DNA of 64,000 nt from Eledone cirrhosa (GCA_964016885.1 OZ024743.1:127720001-127784000), one strand, 5' to 3'. Shown: positions 14,345 through 28,026, counted from the stretch's first letter. The notes: generated by a model not told the origin, from the sequence alone. A program made the numbers and translations.

Positions 14345-15937
14345 GTTTAATACAGAGAGTGTTATTCGCAGCGGCTCTATATCCAGATAAACACTGACAA
14401 TTATTTCCAGAACATTTACTGTGAAGGACTGCATCAATGCAGTCAGTGTTGAGATGGCAGATGTCACCAAGCAGACGTTTCTGACATGTAGACCTATTGT
14501 TCAATACTTGATAACCTGAATTACAGAGGCAAGTATGTTCGGTACAATTACTGTTAGCAACAGCGTCTGTGCAGTCATTGCTTCTCTGACAGGTAGAGTC
14601 ACCAATCTTTCGTTTTATGCATGTATCATTGTTTTTAGAGACATGGTATCCAGTGTTACACTGGCAAAATCCTCGTTGGCAATTTGAATTTTGAATTGCT
14701 GTTCGACAATCTTTTTGACGACGACAAGGATCGTGAATTTTGATCAAACGGCAGGCTGTCATATTCAGATAAGACATGTAACCAGCTTTGCATTCACAGT
14801 CAGCTTTACCGCATTTGCTGTTTTCTATGGCACCTAAACAATCAGTCAACTTAGTGCAAGGGTCTCCGAGTTTTCGAAGATAGCAGCTCTGTAAGTCATT
14901 ACTAGACCTGAACCCAGATAAACAGAAGCAGACGCCATTAACACACATACTATTGTTTATTACATCAGAGCAGTCTGTGTTTAGAATACAATTTTCGTCT
15001 TCCAGTTTCCTTTTGATACAGGAAACATTGTTATTTGCGGCATAATAACCAGAGTTACACAGACACTGCCCATTGGTGCAGTTACTATTCTCAACTGCTT
15101 TATTACAATCCACGTCGATTTGGCATGTTTGATCAAATATTTTTCTTTTGTCACATTCAGTTCCTTGCTTCACAGATCGATAACCAATATAACAAGTGCA
15201 TACTTTCATTGTATTGCATTCACTGTCTTCAATTGCATCGAAGCAATCTCTATGGTAATTGCACACATCGCCGATTATCCGTTTACGACAAATAGTTCCA
15301 TTTTTGTTAGCTTTAAATCCAGACAAACACGTACAAATTCCATTACAGAAGCTATTCTCCACTGCATCCGAACAATCTGTATCTAATAAACAATTGTCGT
15401 ATCCTACTTTCCGAAGATGACATTCCATATTATTTTGAGATGCTTGATAACCAGAGTTACACTGACACACATCCGATGTGCAGTTACTGTTTGTAATAAC
15501 AGCGTTACAGTCTGAGTGATATTTACAACTATCTCTCAGTTGACGTCTCATACATTTTCTACCCAACTGAGAAGTGATATAGCCATCTTGACATCGACAT
15601 TTACCTTCATCGCAACGAGAATTTATTATTACTGACGAACACTCGTTGTCTTTAGAACAGGTGTCATTTATACTCCGAGGTATGCAATTCGTTTTCTGTT
15701 GGATAGGTATAAAACCTAGGATACATTGACATCTGTACTTTAAACACGTGCTATTTCCAACTGATTTACAATTTTCTGGGCCCATGCAGATATCTCCGAT
15801 CGTTCGAATTTTACATTTAGTCTCGTGTAGAGTTGCAAAGTGATCCTCATCACACATACACCTCCCTTCTTTGCAGTAACTCCCATTTATTGCATCACTG
15901 CACTCCGAATTTTGTGAACATTTACTGCCAAGTGTGT
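14345..15937 (-). CDS. Large exon of Cys-rich EB-module/EGF-like repeat protein (12 tandem modules)
   Basis: tttccag|AC ACA CTT GGC...ATT AAA C|gtgagt; 1593 nt open, phase 1-1; 12 repeats of approx. K(I/L)GDxC-x5-C-x3-A(V/I)xNSxC-x3/4-CxC-xxG(Y/F)-x9-C-xxR; many N-x-S/T sequons. Confidence 0.93.
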
Positions 15938-16022
15938 CTGGAAATATAATAAAATATTTACAAAAAATAGTGAGATAATAAGAACCAGCATTGCCATAAT
16001 TCACAGAATTCTGTCAATTCAC

Positions 16023-16051
16023 GTAAACTACTGACAGGCTCCTGTTTAAAC
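16023..16051 (-). CDS. Putative 29-nt microexon linking the signal exon to the large repeat exon
   Basis: tatttctag|G TTT AAA CAG GAG CCT GTC AGT AGT TTA C|gtgaat; phase 2 in, phase 1 out, which exactly bridges 18590 (phase 2) to 15937 (phase 1). Confidence 0.5.
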
Positions 16052-16316
16052 CTAGAAATAGTTATTATTAATATCCAGAAAGAGAAAAGAAGAAACAAAA
16101 AGATGGAGTAAGTAGAGCAAAACGAGGAGGAGACACAAAGAGTAAAAAACGGTATTGGGAACGTTACAGATGTGTGACGAAAGACGTCAGGCAATTGAAT
16201 AACTATTATGTTTCTATACCAACTGACGAATGGATTAGTTACCTGACTAATAATAAAGGCCGTGAAATTCACCTTGTGCATGTGTTGTTAATGGCACCAT
16301 GATCTTTCTAAAGTAT

Positions 16317-16397
<81 letters not shown>

Positions 16398-16488
16398 AAC
16401 AAGTAGGACCCCGACGGCTGAGCTCAAGCCGTTTCGACGGCTAATTCTGGACTCATGGTCCACCTGGTTCCTTACCACATTTCCTTCG

Positions 16489-16559
<71 letters not shown>

Positions 16560-16560
16560 A

Positions 16561-16593
<33 letters not shown>

Positions 16594-16594
<1 letters not shown>

Positions 16595-17036
16595 CCAAAA
16601 GTTAAACAAGGTTCATTGATTAATCAATGAATATAGTTTTACAATAGAATAGAAGGACTCAACAAAGAAGTTTTCTGGAGTTATTAATATTAATTCAAAA
16701 TATTAATAAATATAGACATTCATGTAATCAAATATATTCTATTATATATATTTAGGAGGTACTGTGCTGTTTCCTCAGTACGTCTTCATCAGATAAAATA
16801 TATAAATTGATGTATGACATACCTCAAATGTGCTGATGGTTCAATTCCAGTCTTGGTAGTCATTGAACCATCAGCACAATTGAACTATGTGTGAATGTAT
16901 GCATGCAAGCATATCAATTTATATATTTTATCTGATGAGGACGTACTGAAGAAACAGCACAGTACCTCCAAAATATATATAATAAAATATATTTGATTAC
17001 ATGAATGTCTATATTTATTAATATTTTGAATTAATA
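16594..17036. mobile_element. Fold-back non-autonomous Penelope-like/retrozyme element
   Basis: Inverted arms of ~165 bp (16686-17036), each with a hammerhead motif whose GAAA is mutated (TAAA, AAAA); flanked by (TA)n; homologous to 54388-54818 in opposite orientation. Confidence 0.7.
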
Positions 17037-17211
17037 TATATATATATATAGGGAGAGAGAGAAGGGGGGGGGGGGGAATTCTAACCCCAAAATAAAATGA
17101 AATATGGAGTAGAAGCGTAAACTGTTTTGTACTGCCTTACATTACTTTACTCTCGTTTTCACTACTTTATTTCTCATAATGTACTGGTTATAAATACAAC
17201 AATCCTAACCC

Positions 17212-17277
<66 letters not shown>

Positions 17278-17537
17278 CACACATGTGTATATATGTGTGT
17301 GTGTGTGCACAACTACGGCTCTTTACTTTCTGAATTCATATCTCGCGGAGGTCAAGTTTGACTTTCATCAATACCGGGTTCATAAAATATAGTAATATTT
17401 GAATACTGGAACTGTTATAATCGACTTTCCAGCTTCCCTTCAAATATTGCTGGCCTTGTGCCAAAAGTAGAAACAATTAAATAAATAGAGAATTTTATTA
17501 TTACTATTATTATCATATTATATACATGTTCAGGGTG

Positions 17538-17663
<126 letters not shown>

Positions 17664-18386
17664 GGTAAATATATTGATGCAATTCAATTCAAGCACTCAA
17701 CGTACTTTTTCCACATAGGAGTGACGGAGTAAATATCGAATAAGTAAAAGCGAAGTAGTTTCAGATGTTCAAGTCCTTTAATAATAATGCTGTGATATAT
17801 ATTTCAATGACGACACTGGCCACACTGTTCTGTGTGCGAGTGTCGTGACATCATCAGACAGCTTGTTACATAATAAGGTTGTTTCCGAGGCAATCCAAAT
17901 TGAATCGACATGGGAACGGACGAAGTTCGTGCTTTTTGGGTTTTTCATCCGTTCCCTTGTGAGTACCAATTCACCCCCACCGGTCTGCGCAAGCGCATGT
18001 CCGAAGGAAGTTGACCATTAGCACCGCAGATTTCAACGAAATTCGCTGTCAGTGGCCCACCTATGCCTTGCCAATATTTACTGCTACCATCGCTACTGTG
18101 GCAGTCAGCCGAAAGCCAGAGGGGATGGGAGGGTGTTAGTTTTTATAGGTTATAATACTACCTTTCACCAAGCGTTGACAGTAAGACTGACCATCAACTC
18201 ATAAGGTAAAATAAACTTAATTCTAGGTACTATGGTTTTACATAGTAAGTTAAGAGTGAGAGTTGGGAATAAAAATTAAAATTAAAGGTTAAAATCCTAA
18301 ATCAAATATCAGAGATTATAAATTAAACAATAAAGAATTCAAAAATTCTAAATTCAAAAATTTTTCAAGTGATAATTCGGATTAAG

Positions 18387-18516
<130 letters not shown>

Positions 18517-18589
18517 TTTGATCAGAGGTAAATAATGTATTGGAGATCGAGTGACGCAACTTCGAGCGATTAGCGGCCTCTAGACTCAC

Positions 18590-18648
18590 CTGATCAATGA
18601 AACAATTGTTAATACCTGAAATAAAGCCCTTGTTGTACAGCCAACCAT
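18590..18648 (-). CDS. Putative first coding exon (signal-peptide-like N-terminus) of the EB-repeat protein
   Basis: ATG at 18648, MVGCTTRALFQVLTIVSLI followed by AG|gtgagt (phase 2); upstream acceptor tttctatgcag at 18690-91 and a further gtgagt donor at 18790. Confidence 0.5.
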
Positions 18649-18966
18649 GTTACTCTTCAATCTTTCACTATTATTACTCCAAGTATAACCTGCATAGAAA
18701 TTACCGCGAACTCGCTGCATAACTATGGAAGCATCTTGTTGAGTCAAACAAAGCCGTACGTTAAAACTATCCACGACGCAGAGTACTCACAACCTCTAAC
18801 TGGATTACCTATAACGATAACTTGTTATCCCATATATATATGAAAATTACAAACTTGACTGTCACCACAGAAGATGAACCTGAAGATTGCTAAATCATGA
18901 AAGTACTTGTTCAATTAACACTTAACATTTAATATTCTACCATACTATTTCATTATAATATCATTA

Positions 18967-19152
18967 TGGTGGATTGGCAGTATCGGTAGAGGGTCGGACG
19001 CCATGCTTTCCAGCATAGTTACGTCTCTTTATGATCTGAGTTCAAATCCCGCCGAGGTTGACTTTGCCTTTCATCCTTACGGGGTCGATAAAATAAAGTA
19101 CCAGTGATGCACTGGGTAATTGCTGGCCTTGTGCCTAAAGTAGAAACAATTA
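18967..19152 (+). mobile_element. tRNA-derived SINE (~190 bp, dominant family)
   Basis: A-box-like tggcagtatcgg, B-box gagttcaaatcc, core gactttgcctttcatccttacggggtcgataaaataaagtaccag, tail agaaacaattat. Confidence 0.88.
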
Positions 19153-19341
19153 TAATATCATTATATTATATATATATATATATGTCTCTGACCGGAGTTG
19201 TATATTGAATGCCATACAAAATGTTCATGTAAGTAAACATTTTTGTAGCCTCACTATAAATTTTTACAACAGTTATGCCAATGCTATTCTTATCAACCAA
19301 TGGGGAATAATATATATATATAATACACACACACATACACA

Positions 19342-19381
<40 letters not shown>

Positions 19382-19416
19382 CGAAGGAAATGTGGTAAGG
19401 AACCAGGTGGACCATA

Positions 19417-19507
<91 letters not shown>

Positions 19508-19516
19508 AATACTCAC

Positions 19517-19642
19517 ATTTATAGCACCTGTCTTTGGTTTCCTTTGAAAAGAAAGTCTGCCGACATGTACAGACATTGTTTCTACACTGAGATTCAGTGA
19601 TTTGGCAGTCGCTGTCTTTTTGGCAGGAATCGCCAATTTTTC
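19517..19642 (-). CDS. Exon of Cys-rich EB-module repeat protein (one module)
   Basis: ttgcag|GA AAA ATT GGC...TAT AAA T|gtgagt; 126 nt, phase 1-1; [41 protein letters not shown]. Confidence 0.85.
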
Positions 19643-20337
19643 CTGCAACGAGAAACACAAAACATAATTAAATTAATAAACAAATTAATATTTCGTTAAG
19701 TTACGTTTGTGTTCTTACTGATATAAACGATGATGATGATGATGATAGTGGTGGTGGTGGTGGTGGTGGTGGTGGTGGATGTGTTGGTGGGGATATTGGT
19801 GATGGTGGTGATAATGAAGATGGATGGTGTTAATGATGATGGTAGAGGGGGGGGGGGGTGGAACATGACGATGATAAACCAAATGAAATCCTGATTAACA
19901 ATGCAAATGAATTCTGTGTCAATTTGACGAGAGATTAACAAAAGTGGAATGTGTAATTTGAATTTGATATATGAGAAATACGAAAATATGGAACGTGAAA
20001 ACTTCTTCATCGGTGTAAACGATATCCGATAAAATTGGTTACTATCTAAATAAATATTCCTAAACATCTGTAAATAAAGCAGACAAAATATAAATTGTCC
20101 CGAGAGGAATAGGTTTCCATATTAGGGTCGAGAGAACTCTTCAGTTATGACAAAAACATAACAACCTCACTAGCGATGGCGCCATGATAAAAGGCACCTA
20201 GTGCGCTATGTAGAGCGGGAGCGTATGCAAGTGGTATAAGACCCTAGCCTATTTGAGAGATCAATAGTTCAGATTAAGTTCTGACTTGTTTTGTAACGAT
20301 CCATCCAGCTCTTGCTAGAAGGGAAAACGGACGTTAA

Positions 20338-20410
<73 letters not shown>

Positions 20411-21097
20411 GGAGGAGGAGGAGGAGGAGGAGGAGGAGGAGGAGGTTGACGTATATTTTACAGCTACACTTTTCATTTTTCGAACCACTATCTTCTCAAA
20501 AAAGATATTAGTACAAACATACACATATAATATCTGGAAAGAAAATAGCTCAGACCTCGTTGTAATTTTGTATCCCAATAGACGTGCTAATTTAGGAAGG
20601 CACATACTTAAAATGAAAACTATAGCAGACGTAGAAATAGAACACCTTCACAAATAAATAAATAAAGGAATAAAAATAAAAACAACAACAACAACAACAA
20701 CAAATAATAATACATAATGAAAAAATACGAACAAACGACGGAAAAACAAACGGGGAAGTATACAAACATAGACACAAAAAGACAAACTATTTAAAACAAA
20801 TACATCGAGAAGATAAATCACAATGACAGTAATATTGTAAACAAAATATTTCACAAGCCACAACACAAATATGAACACAAGGGAATATGAGAATGATCTA
20901 AGTGAAATGAATCACAGTCGGTTTCGACGATGAGCATCCTATTCGTTCGATCATAAAACTAACACGCAAATGTTTGAGAATTCCTCAAAAGTGGAGGAGA
21001 AAGTGAAAAAACTAAAACAAAACACCCCATACTTAACGAATTTCTCGGGTAAAGTCAGCGTGACGCAGTATGTGACAAGGCTGGACATTTGAATTAC

Positions 21098-21770
21098 AGA
21101 TACAGTCCATTTCGTATTATGGTGCAAGTAGCTGAGCATTCCTCAGACAAAAAGGGTAAAGACCCCCTTCGGTCACGAATGACCAAGAGATTTGCACCAA
21201 GAAAGTTTCCCCCCGAGGCCCAAGCCCGAGCAAGGTTGTTTGTGGAAGACCAGCAGTCACTCATGCATACCAGCCTCCCCTCTCCACGCCATCGATGATG
21301 TCCAAGGGAAAGGCAATGACCGATACAACTTGGCACCAGTGACGTGACAACTCATTTCTAGACCTGAGTAAACTGGAAGAACGTGAAATAAAGTGTCTTT
21401 TTCTCAAGGACACAACGTATCACCCGGAGTTCGATTCTCAGACCGGGTGATACGTTGTGTCCTTGAGTAAGACACTTTATTTCACGTTCTTCCAGTTTAC
21501 TCAGGTCTAGAAATGAGTTGCCACGTCACTGGTGCCAAGTTGTATCGGTCATTGCCTTTCCCTTGGACATCATCGATGGCGTGGAGAGGGGAGGCTGGTA
21601 TGCATGGGTGACTGCTGGTCTTCCACAAACAATCTTGCCCGGGCTTGGGCCTCGGGGGGAAACTTTCTTGGTGCAAATCTCTTGGTCATTCGTGACCGAA
21701 GGGGGTCTTTACCCTTTTTGTCTGAGGAATGCTCAGCTACTTGCACCATAATACGAAATGGACTGTATCT
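21098..21770. repeat. Long palindrome formed from a SINE (arms ~330 bp, 15-nt spacer)
   Basis: 21098-21427 is the reverse complement of 21443-21770 with a handful of differences; spacer agttcgattctcaga. Confidence 0.95.
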
Positions 21771-23289
21771 TAGGGGGATTCAGCGTGACATAGTGTGAAA
21801 CAAAATTGGACCTTTGAATTACAGGTACAATCCATCCGACAGGTTTCGAAACGGTTTCCGTCTAGCCACTTTCACTTACAAAGCTTGGGTCGATATGAGG
21901 CTATGGCAAATGTCACTCGCCTAAGATGCCACGCAGTGAGATTGAATCCAGGACTTCGTGATTATGAAGCGAACTAGAAGGGAAAAGGGGCGTTAAACGA
22001 TGATGGTGATGATGATGATGATAATGATGTTTATGATGATGGTGATGATGATGATGATGGTGATAATGATGATGGTGATGATGATGGTGGTGATGATGAT
22101 GATGATGATGATGATGATGGTGATGATGGTGATGATGGTGATGATGATGGTTATGATGATGTTGATGACGATGATGGTGATGATGGTTATGATGATGTTG
22201 ATGACGATGATGGTGATGATGATGGTGATGATGATGATGATGATGCTCTAAATATAGAAATGTGGAAATATTGAATATGAAAATAACCTAAAAATTAAAA
22301 TAATTAAGTGATTAAAATGATTAGAGATTTTCCAGGAAGATGGGAGATGTTTTTGTTAAAATAAAGAAAGCTGGAATATGTTTCGTTCAAAATAAAGAAA
22401 GAAGGGTGACTTTCCTGTTACAGTAATGGAAGATTGGAGATATTCCTGTTAAATTAACGAAAGACTCTCCCAAATATAAGAGCCCCATAAGCACCAACAA
22501 TCTTATTGCAGTAAACCTTCGATTTAAACTAATAGGAGGTAAATTATGTCCGTTAATCCCGAAAGTTCGTTAAACTGAAGGTAACCTATGGGTTATTTTC
22601 ATTGTTTTGAATGTAAAACAAAGTATTTATCTTTTTTGATACTAAACCGCCGGAAACGACACCTGGTTCTACAACACAAATATTTATCTACAACACTTAT
22701 CTAAAAATCTTTCATCATATTTTAAAGATCTTTTTTAAAAATGTGTTCCAAATACCAGCTTAATAATAGTTTCTGATTTAGGCACAAGGCCAACAATTTT
22801 GAGAGAGGGGAAAGTCGATTAACTTGACCCAAGTGCAAATTGGTACTTTATTTTATCGATCCCGTAAAGATGAAAGGCAAACTGACCTCGGTGGGATTTG
22901 AACGCAAAGGGACATAACTCTGTTCTGCAAAGCATGTTGTTTCGACGCTCTATCGATATCACCAATCCACCGTCCTCACACCAGTTTAATAATGAAAAAG
23001 TTAATTATATTACTCAATCCCCCCAAATCCCCCCACATGTTTACATCAGAAGTTCATAGACAATTTAACATTTTCTGAAATTTGTTCTTCTTGGCTCCTG
23101 ACAGAAACACTAAGAAACACTGCAATATATATTAGAAACATTGTAAGATGTAAAAGCAACATTTTATTTCAGGTCTTTTAATTGTTTATATATTTTTGGA
23201 ACAATTTTATAAAGCCTGAATTATTTGGATGTCAATCAACCCTATTCCAGGATCAATTGAAAATTGTCAACAGTTTAAAAAAACATGTC

Positions 23290-23780
23290 AAGCAAAAGGT
23301 CGAAAAGATTCTTCGGTTGCGTCAAGGGTACGATAAAATCTCTGGTGTTGGTGATGATAAAATGCACCTAGTACACTCTGTAAACTGGTTGGATTATAGG
23401 AAAGGTATCTAGCCATACCAGACTTGTTGAAACAAGAGATCGACGGGACTCTTCGGTTGCATGAAAGACACAGCAATTTACTTAGTGCAGGGGCGGCGAT
23501 AAAATGCACCCTGTGTACTCTGTAGAGTGGGGAAAAGTATGTAAGTTGTATGTAACCCCTAGCCCATGCGAGAAGTTACTAACTCCGATTAAATAATGAC
23601 TTGGTCTGTGATGACTCATCCAACCCATGCTAGAAGGGAAAAAGCGCGTTAAATGATGATGATGATGATAATGATGGTGATGATGATGGTGACGATGATG
23701 GTGGTCATGATGATGATGATGATGGTGATGATGATAATGGTGATGATAATGATGGTTATGATGATGGGGATGATGATGAT
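23290..23780 (+). mobile_element. SINE-like element with RTE-type tail ending in (ATG)n
   Basis: Tail ccatgctagaagggaaaaagcgcgttaaatgatgatg shared with copies ending near 20340, 22000, 45545 and 62825; internal tandem subrepeat. Confidence 0.6.
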
Positions 23781-24118
23781 TTCATATATATCTTCCAAAC
23801 GGATCATTTATTTATACAGTTATACAATATGTTGTTAAAATATCCATGGAAGAGGAGATATGATACTATTTTTATCATTTATTTTTGGTTCTATTCTTAA
23901 ATTAGAAAAGATCTTAACTTATTTCTCTTATTTTGTTTGGAGCTGGGATGGTAGTGGTGTTGGGGGTAATTGTTGTGGTAGAGGTGTTGTTGGTAGTGGT
24001 ATTGGGGAGTGTTAGGGGTGGTTGTGGTGGTGTTGGTTGTAGTGGCGGGTGGTGTAAAGGCAGTCAATAAAAACAAAAAAAAAAAGTTTGTGAAGATACA
24101 ATTTGATAAAGAAATTAG

Positions 24119-24540
24119 GAAACTAGTCGGTTGGCTCTGATCTCTCTGTATGTATTGGCATATCCCAGAGAATAGTTGATTTGTCATTCTCTGATACCTT
24201 TCCTGGTGTGTGTTTGTACCATCTTTTGTGTGAGTATGTCATAGTGTTTGCATAATTCTTTTCAGGCTAAGACTGGGCAGCTTAAGATAACGTGGTAAAT
24301 GGTTTCTTCCCCACTTCCACATATTCTGCATTTACTCACTATGTTCTTTTTCATTATGCATTTCATGTGATTTTTGGTTGGGAGGCTTTATTCTTGTGCT
24401 GCTATCCCTCTATCACAGATTTATTATTATTATTGTGTTAGGGGCGGTGAATTGGCAGTATCGGTAGAGGGTCGGACGCCATGCTTTCTAGCATAGTTAC
24501 GTCCCTTTACAGTCTGAGTTCAAATCCCGCCGAGGTTAAT
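24119..24540. repeat. Duplicated block: RLE-LINE zinc-knuckle remnant (minus) plus SINE head (plus)
   Basis: Near-identical to 58617-59040; minus strand AQE..LPT...KCRICGSGEETIYHVILSCPVLA. Confidence 0.85.
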
Positions 24541-24984
24541 CTGACACACGGCGTGACTTCGGTATTTTAAATCTGACTGAACCCATTCCTCTCCAAGTCA
24601 GAACAGCCAATTTCTTTCACAGAGAGGGGGAAATCTCCCCAATAATAGGGTGGTACTTTATCTATTTACCTCGAAATGATGAAAGACAAAGTTGACTTTG
24701 GTGGGACTTGAACTCAGAACGTAATAAACTGGCCACACTAGCACATCTGCCTCTTGCCCACAGGCATTTAAGATTAAATAAAATAACTTTTATGATTCTT
24801 GATAATTTTTCTTTTAAATCATTTCGTCACCAACCCGGTCAGAATCGCCTCTAGTTGTATAGAATCAAATCATCCATTTTAATACCTTCCAATATAATTA
24901 TATTTAAGAACCAAACGTTATCTTACTTCCTTAGTAATGAAATGATGAATAATTTTAGTAGCACCCTCCAAACCTTTTATTAAT

Positions 24985-25171
24985 TAATTGTTTCTACTTT
25001 TGGCACAAGTCCAGCAATTATCCCAGTACGTTACTGGTGCTTTATTTTATCGAGCCCGAAAGGATGAAAGGCAAAGTTAACCTCGGCGGGATTTGAACTC
25101 AGACCGTAAAGGACCGTAACTCTATGCTGATAAGCATGGCATCCGACCCTCTACCGATACTGCCAACCCAC
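24985..25171 (-). mobile_element. tRNA-derived SINE, dominant family
   Basis: Reverse complement of the 18967 family; more diverged minus copies near 8345-8495, 22768-22975 and 57220-57440. Confidence 0.85.
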
Positions 25172-26351
25172 TAATTGATTGAAATATAATGTATATTCTT
25201 AGAAATTGGTAAATTGGGATAAAATAACATTTTTGTTTTATAGTTAACTTGTTCGCAAATAATTGCAGTTCTATACAAAATATAAATCACTACCGGTGAG
25301 GTTACAATGTTTTCTTACACATTCTTGGGAAACTATTGGGGATTCTGTATAGATACCATCTCACAATGGAGAAGCCATAAAGACATAAGACAACATTCCT
25401 TACTATCTCTAGTCTGGTTTATTTTACCTTGGATAAACATGTGTGTATATAAACCTTTCTCTATCTATCGTAGTTATGTTATATGTATAGCCGTTTGTTT
25501 TTATCTTTCGATCCATTGAGTGCTTTGTGATTGCCTGAAACAAATCGTATAGTACTTGCTGTACAATAGCTAAACTTTGATTACAATATATTGTATTATT
25601 CTCTATATATTATATTATATATATAATAATTATTATAGCAATAATAAACGAAGCTAAATTTTAAACATTTGACTTTTTATTTAACTTTATTTTACATTAC
25701 TCCGGAGTAACCAAACCAACCTGCGCACTTCGTCGAGTGCTCCAGCCTGCATACTGAAGTGTTGGTATACAACCAACATATACTCAATATATATATATAT
25801 ATATATAAAATGGTGAGCTGTGTGGTTGCAATTAAGTATAATGAAAATAAAAGTTACGGGCGAAAGAGGGTAATATCCATCGTCAGTTGTCTGCTAGGAA
25901 TCATAGGTATTTCTTCGTGTTAGAGACAAGATACCTCAGCCTATGGCGAACAATAACTAAAATAAGTTATTGGGATAAAAAAGAGAGGAGAGAGAGAGAA
26001 AAAATGTAAACAGATACGAAGGCTGAAGCAACGTAAAGAGAGGAGAAATATCAAGTCAACAACTCTTTTCGAACATAAGTTCTGGTGAGTTTGACGAGAG
26101 AAAAAAGACATGTCTTCACTGTAGCCGTGTTAGTGAGAGAAGAGACTGCTTACAGTGGCGGACGAGGGAGGAAGTGAGCTAGTGGAGAGAGGGTGACTAG
26201 CAGAGAGGGAGTGAGTGAAAGTAAGAGGAAGCGAGAAAGAGTTAGTTATAGTGGCAGGCTAGCCGAGAGAAGGAGACTAGCAGAGGGGGTGAGAGATGGA
26301 TATTACCCTTTTACGCCCGTAACTTTTATTTTCATTATATATATATATTAG

Positions 26352-26538
26352 AGGCGGTGGATTGGCAGTATCGGTAGAGGGTCGGACGCCATGCTTTGAC
26401 ACATAGAGTTACGGCCCTTGCCATTCTGAGTTGAAATCCCGCCAAGGTTAACTTTACCTTTCTTATTTATGGGGTCGATAAAATAAAGTACCAGTAATAC
26501 ACTGGTTAATTGCTGGCCTTGTGCCAAAAGTAGAAACA
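26352..26538 (+). mobile_element. tRNA-derived SINE, dominant family
   Basis: Full-length match to the 18967 family. Confidence 0.88.
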
Positions 26539-26801
26539 AGTAGAAATATATATATATATATATAAACATAAATTATCGAGATTCGCAATTCGGCCCACGA
26601 AATAACGAAAAACAACCTCCGAGATGTGTGGCAAGTGCTCAATGATTCAGATGAACCAGAGCTATAACAAACGTTAAAGGCCAAACACACTGAGACGATG
26701 GTTAAACAATCATTCGCATAGCCAAAAAAACGATCAAGTAATTCGGGTATATATATATATGTGTGTGTGTGTTTGTATATATATATATATAGACACATAC
26801 G

Positions 26802-26932
<131 letters not shown>

Positions 26933-27375
26933 GTGATTTAACGTCCGTTTTTCCAACTTGCAAGGGTTAGACATGTCATCATAGACAACGACAGTACTTA
27001 ATTAGAGCTACTGACCTCTCACATAGGTCAAGGACCATATCTCATATGCGTCCCCAAACTCTACCGAGTGAATTTGGGGCATCTTATCGTGACATCAACA
27101 CAAAGGAAGTGATCATGTTTTTAACACATCTGAAACGTCCCCTCCCGTGCGTGCTTTGTTTGGCACCTTTTTATCACCAACGGAGTATACTGGGCGCATT
27201 TATTATGCTATTAACATTAGAGAGGCTGTGCTCTTGCAATAACTGAAGAATCCTCACGATCCATGTATGTATATATATATATAGTGAAAAATTGAACGGG
27301 AACAAAACAGAGAGAACAGCAGTACGAACAAAGATTTATTAATTTCACGCTCTTGAGAGTGGGGTGGTGGTGGGG

Positions 27376-27407
27376 AACGACGTTTCGGGCATAAGCCCTT
27401 CTTCAGG

Positions 27408-27410
<3 letters not shown>
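27376..27410 (-). ncRNA. Minimal hammerhead ribozyme motif (Penelope-type)
   Basis: Minus strand tcac CTGAAGA a gggc-ttat-gccc GAAA cg TC gtt; palindromic CG stem III, GUC triplet; stem I cut off by the adjacent (TA)n. Confidence 0.65.
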
Positions 27411-27446
<36 letters not shown>

Positions 27447-27635
27447 ACAAACCCTCCATCTCAATTCTACTTTTGAAAAGCACAAGAACTGCGAAAGCGG
27501 TAAAGGAACCAAATAGATATATTAAAAAAAAAAATACTCTAGTTGCATTTTCGATTTCATCTTTTTTCCTTATATATATATATATATATAGTGACGAAAC
27601 ATAAGTCAATTGCATGAACTTATAATCCTTTATTT

Positions 27636-27691
27636 ACTGCTTTATATATTTCGATGATAGCCATTGAATGGCTATGACCTCATCAGGCAGT
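27636..27691 (-). ncRNA. Degenerate hammerhead motif
   Basis: actgc CTGATGA ggtcatagcca-ttcaa-tggctatcatc GAAA tatata AA gcagt; stems I and II intact, conserved U of the cleavage triplet replaced by A. Confidence 0.55.
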
Positions 27692-27750
27692 TAGTCAGTT
27701 CTTAGATATGCCAGCTCTGTGTGTATAGTGTTGATGGTATCAGAGCCTTT

Positions 27751-27806
<56 letters not shown>

Positions 27807-27976
27807 TCGTTCCTATATATATATATATATATATAGCCACTCTATTGCTAATACTATATTTCGGATGCAACCCCGAGCAGGTAGAGCAATGTGAAATGAA
27901 TTATTTCGCTGAAAAACACAGCGAGCTTCACAGTTGAAGAATCAAAACCAAAACCGTATGATCGATATACATGCAT

Positions 27977-28026
<50 letters not shown>

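Noticed and set aside
14088-16004. 638-aa ORF as a single-exon gene
   Set aside because: Both ends run into intron; strong acceptor at 15938 and donor at 14344 delimit the real exon
18967-19050. tRNA genes
   Set aside because: A/B boxes belong to SINE heads; no cloverleaf, and each runs into SINE core and tail
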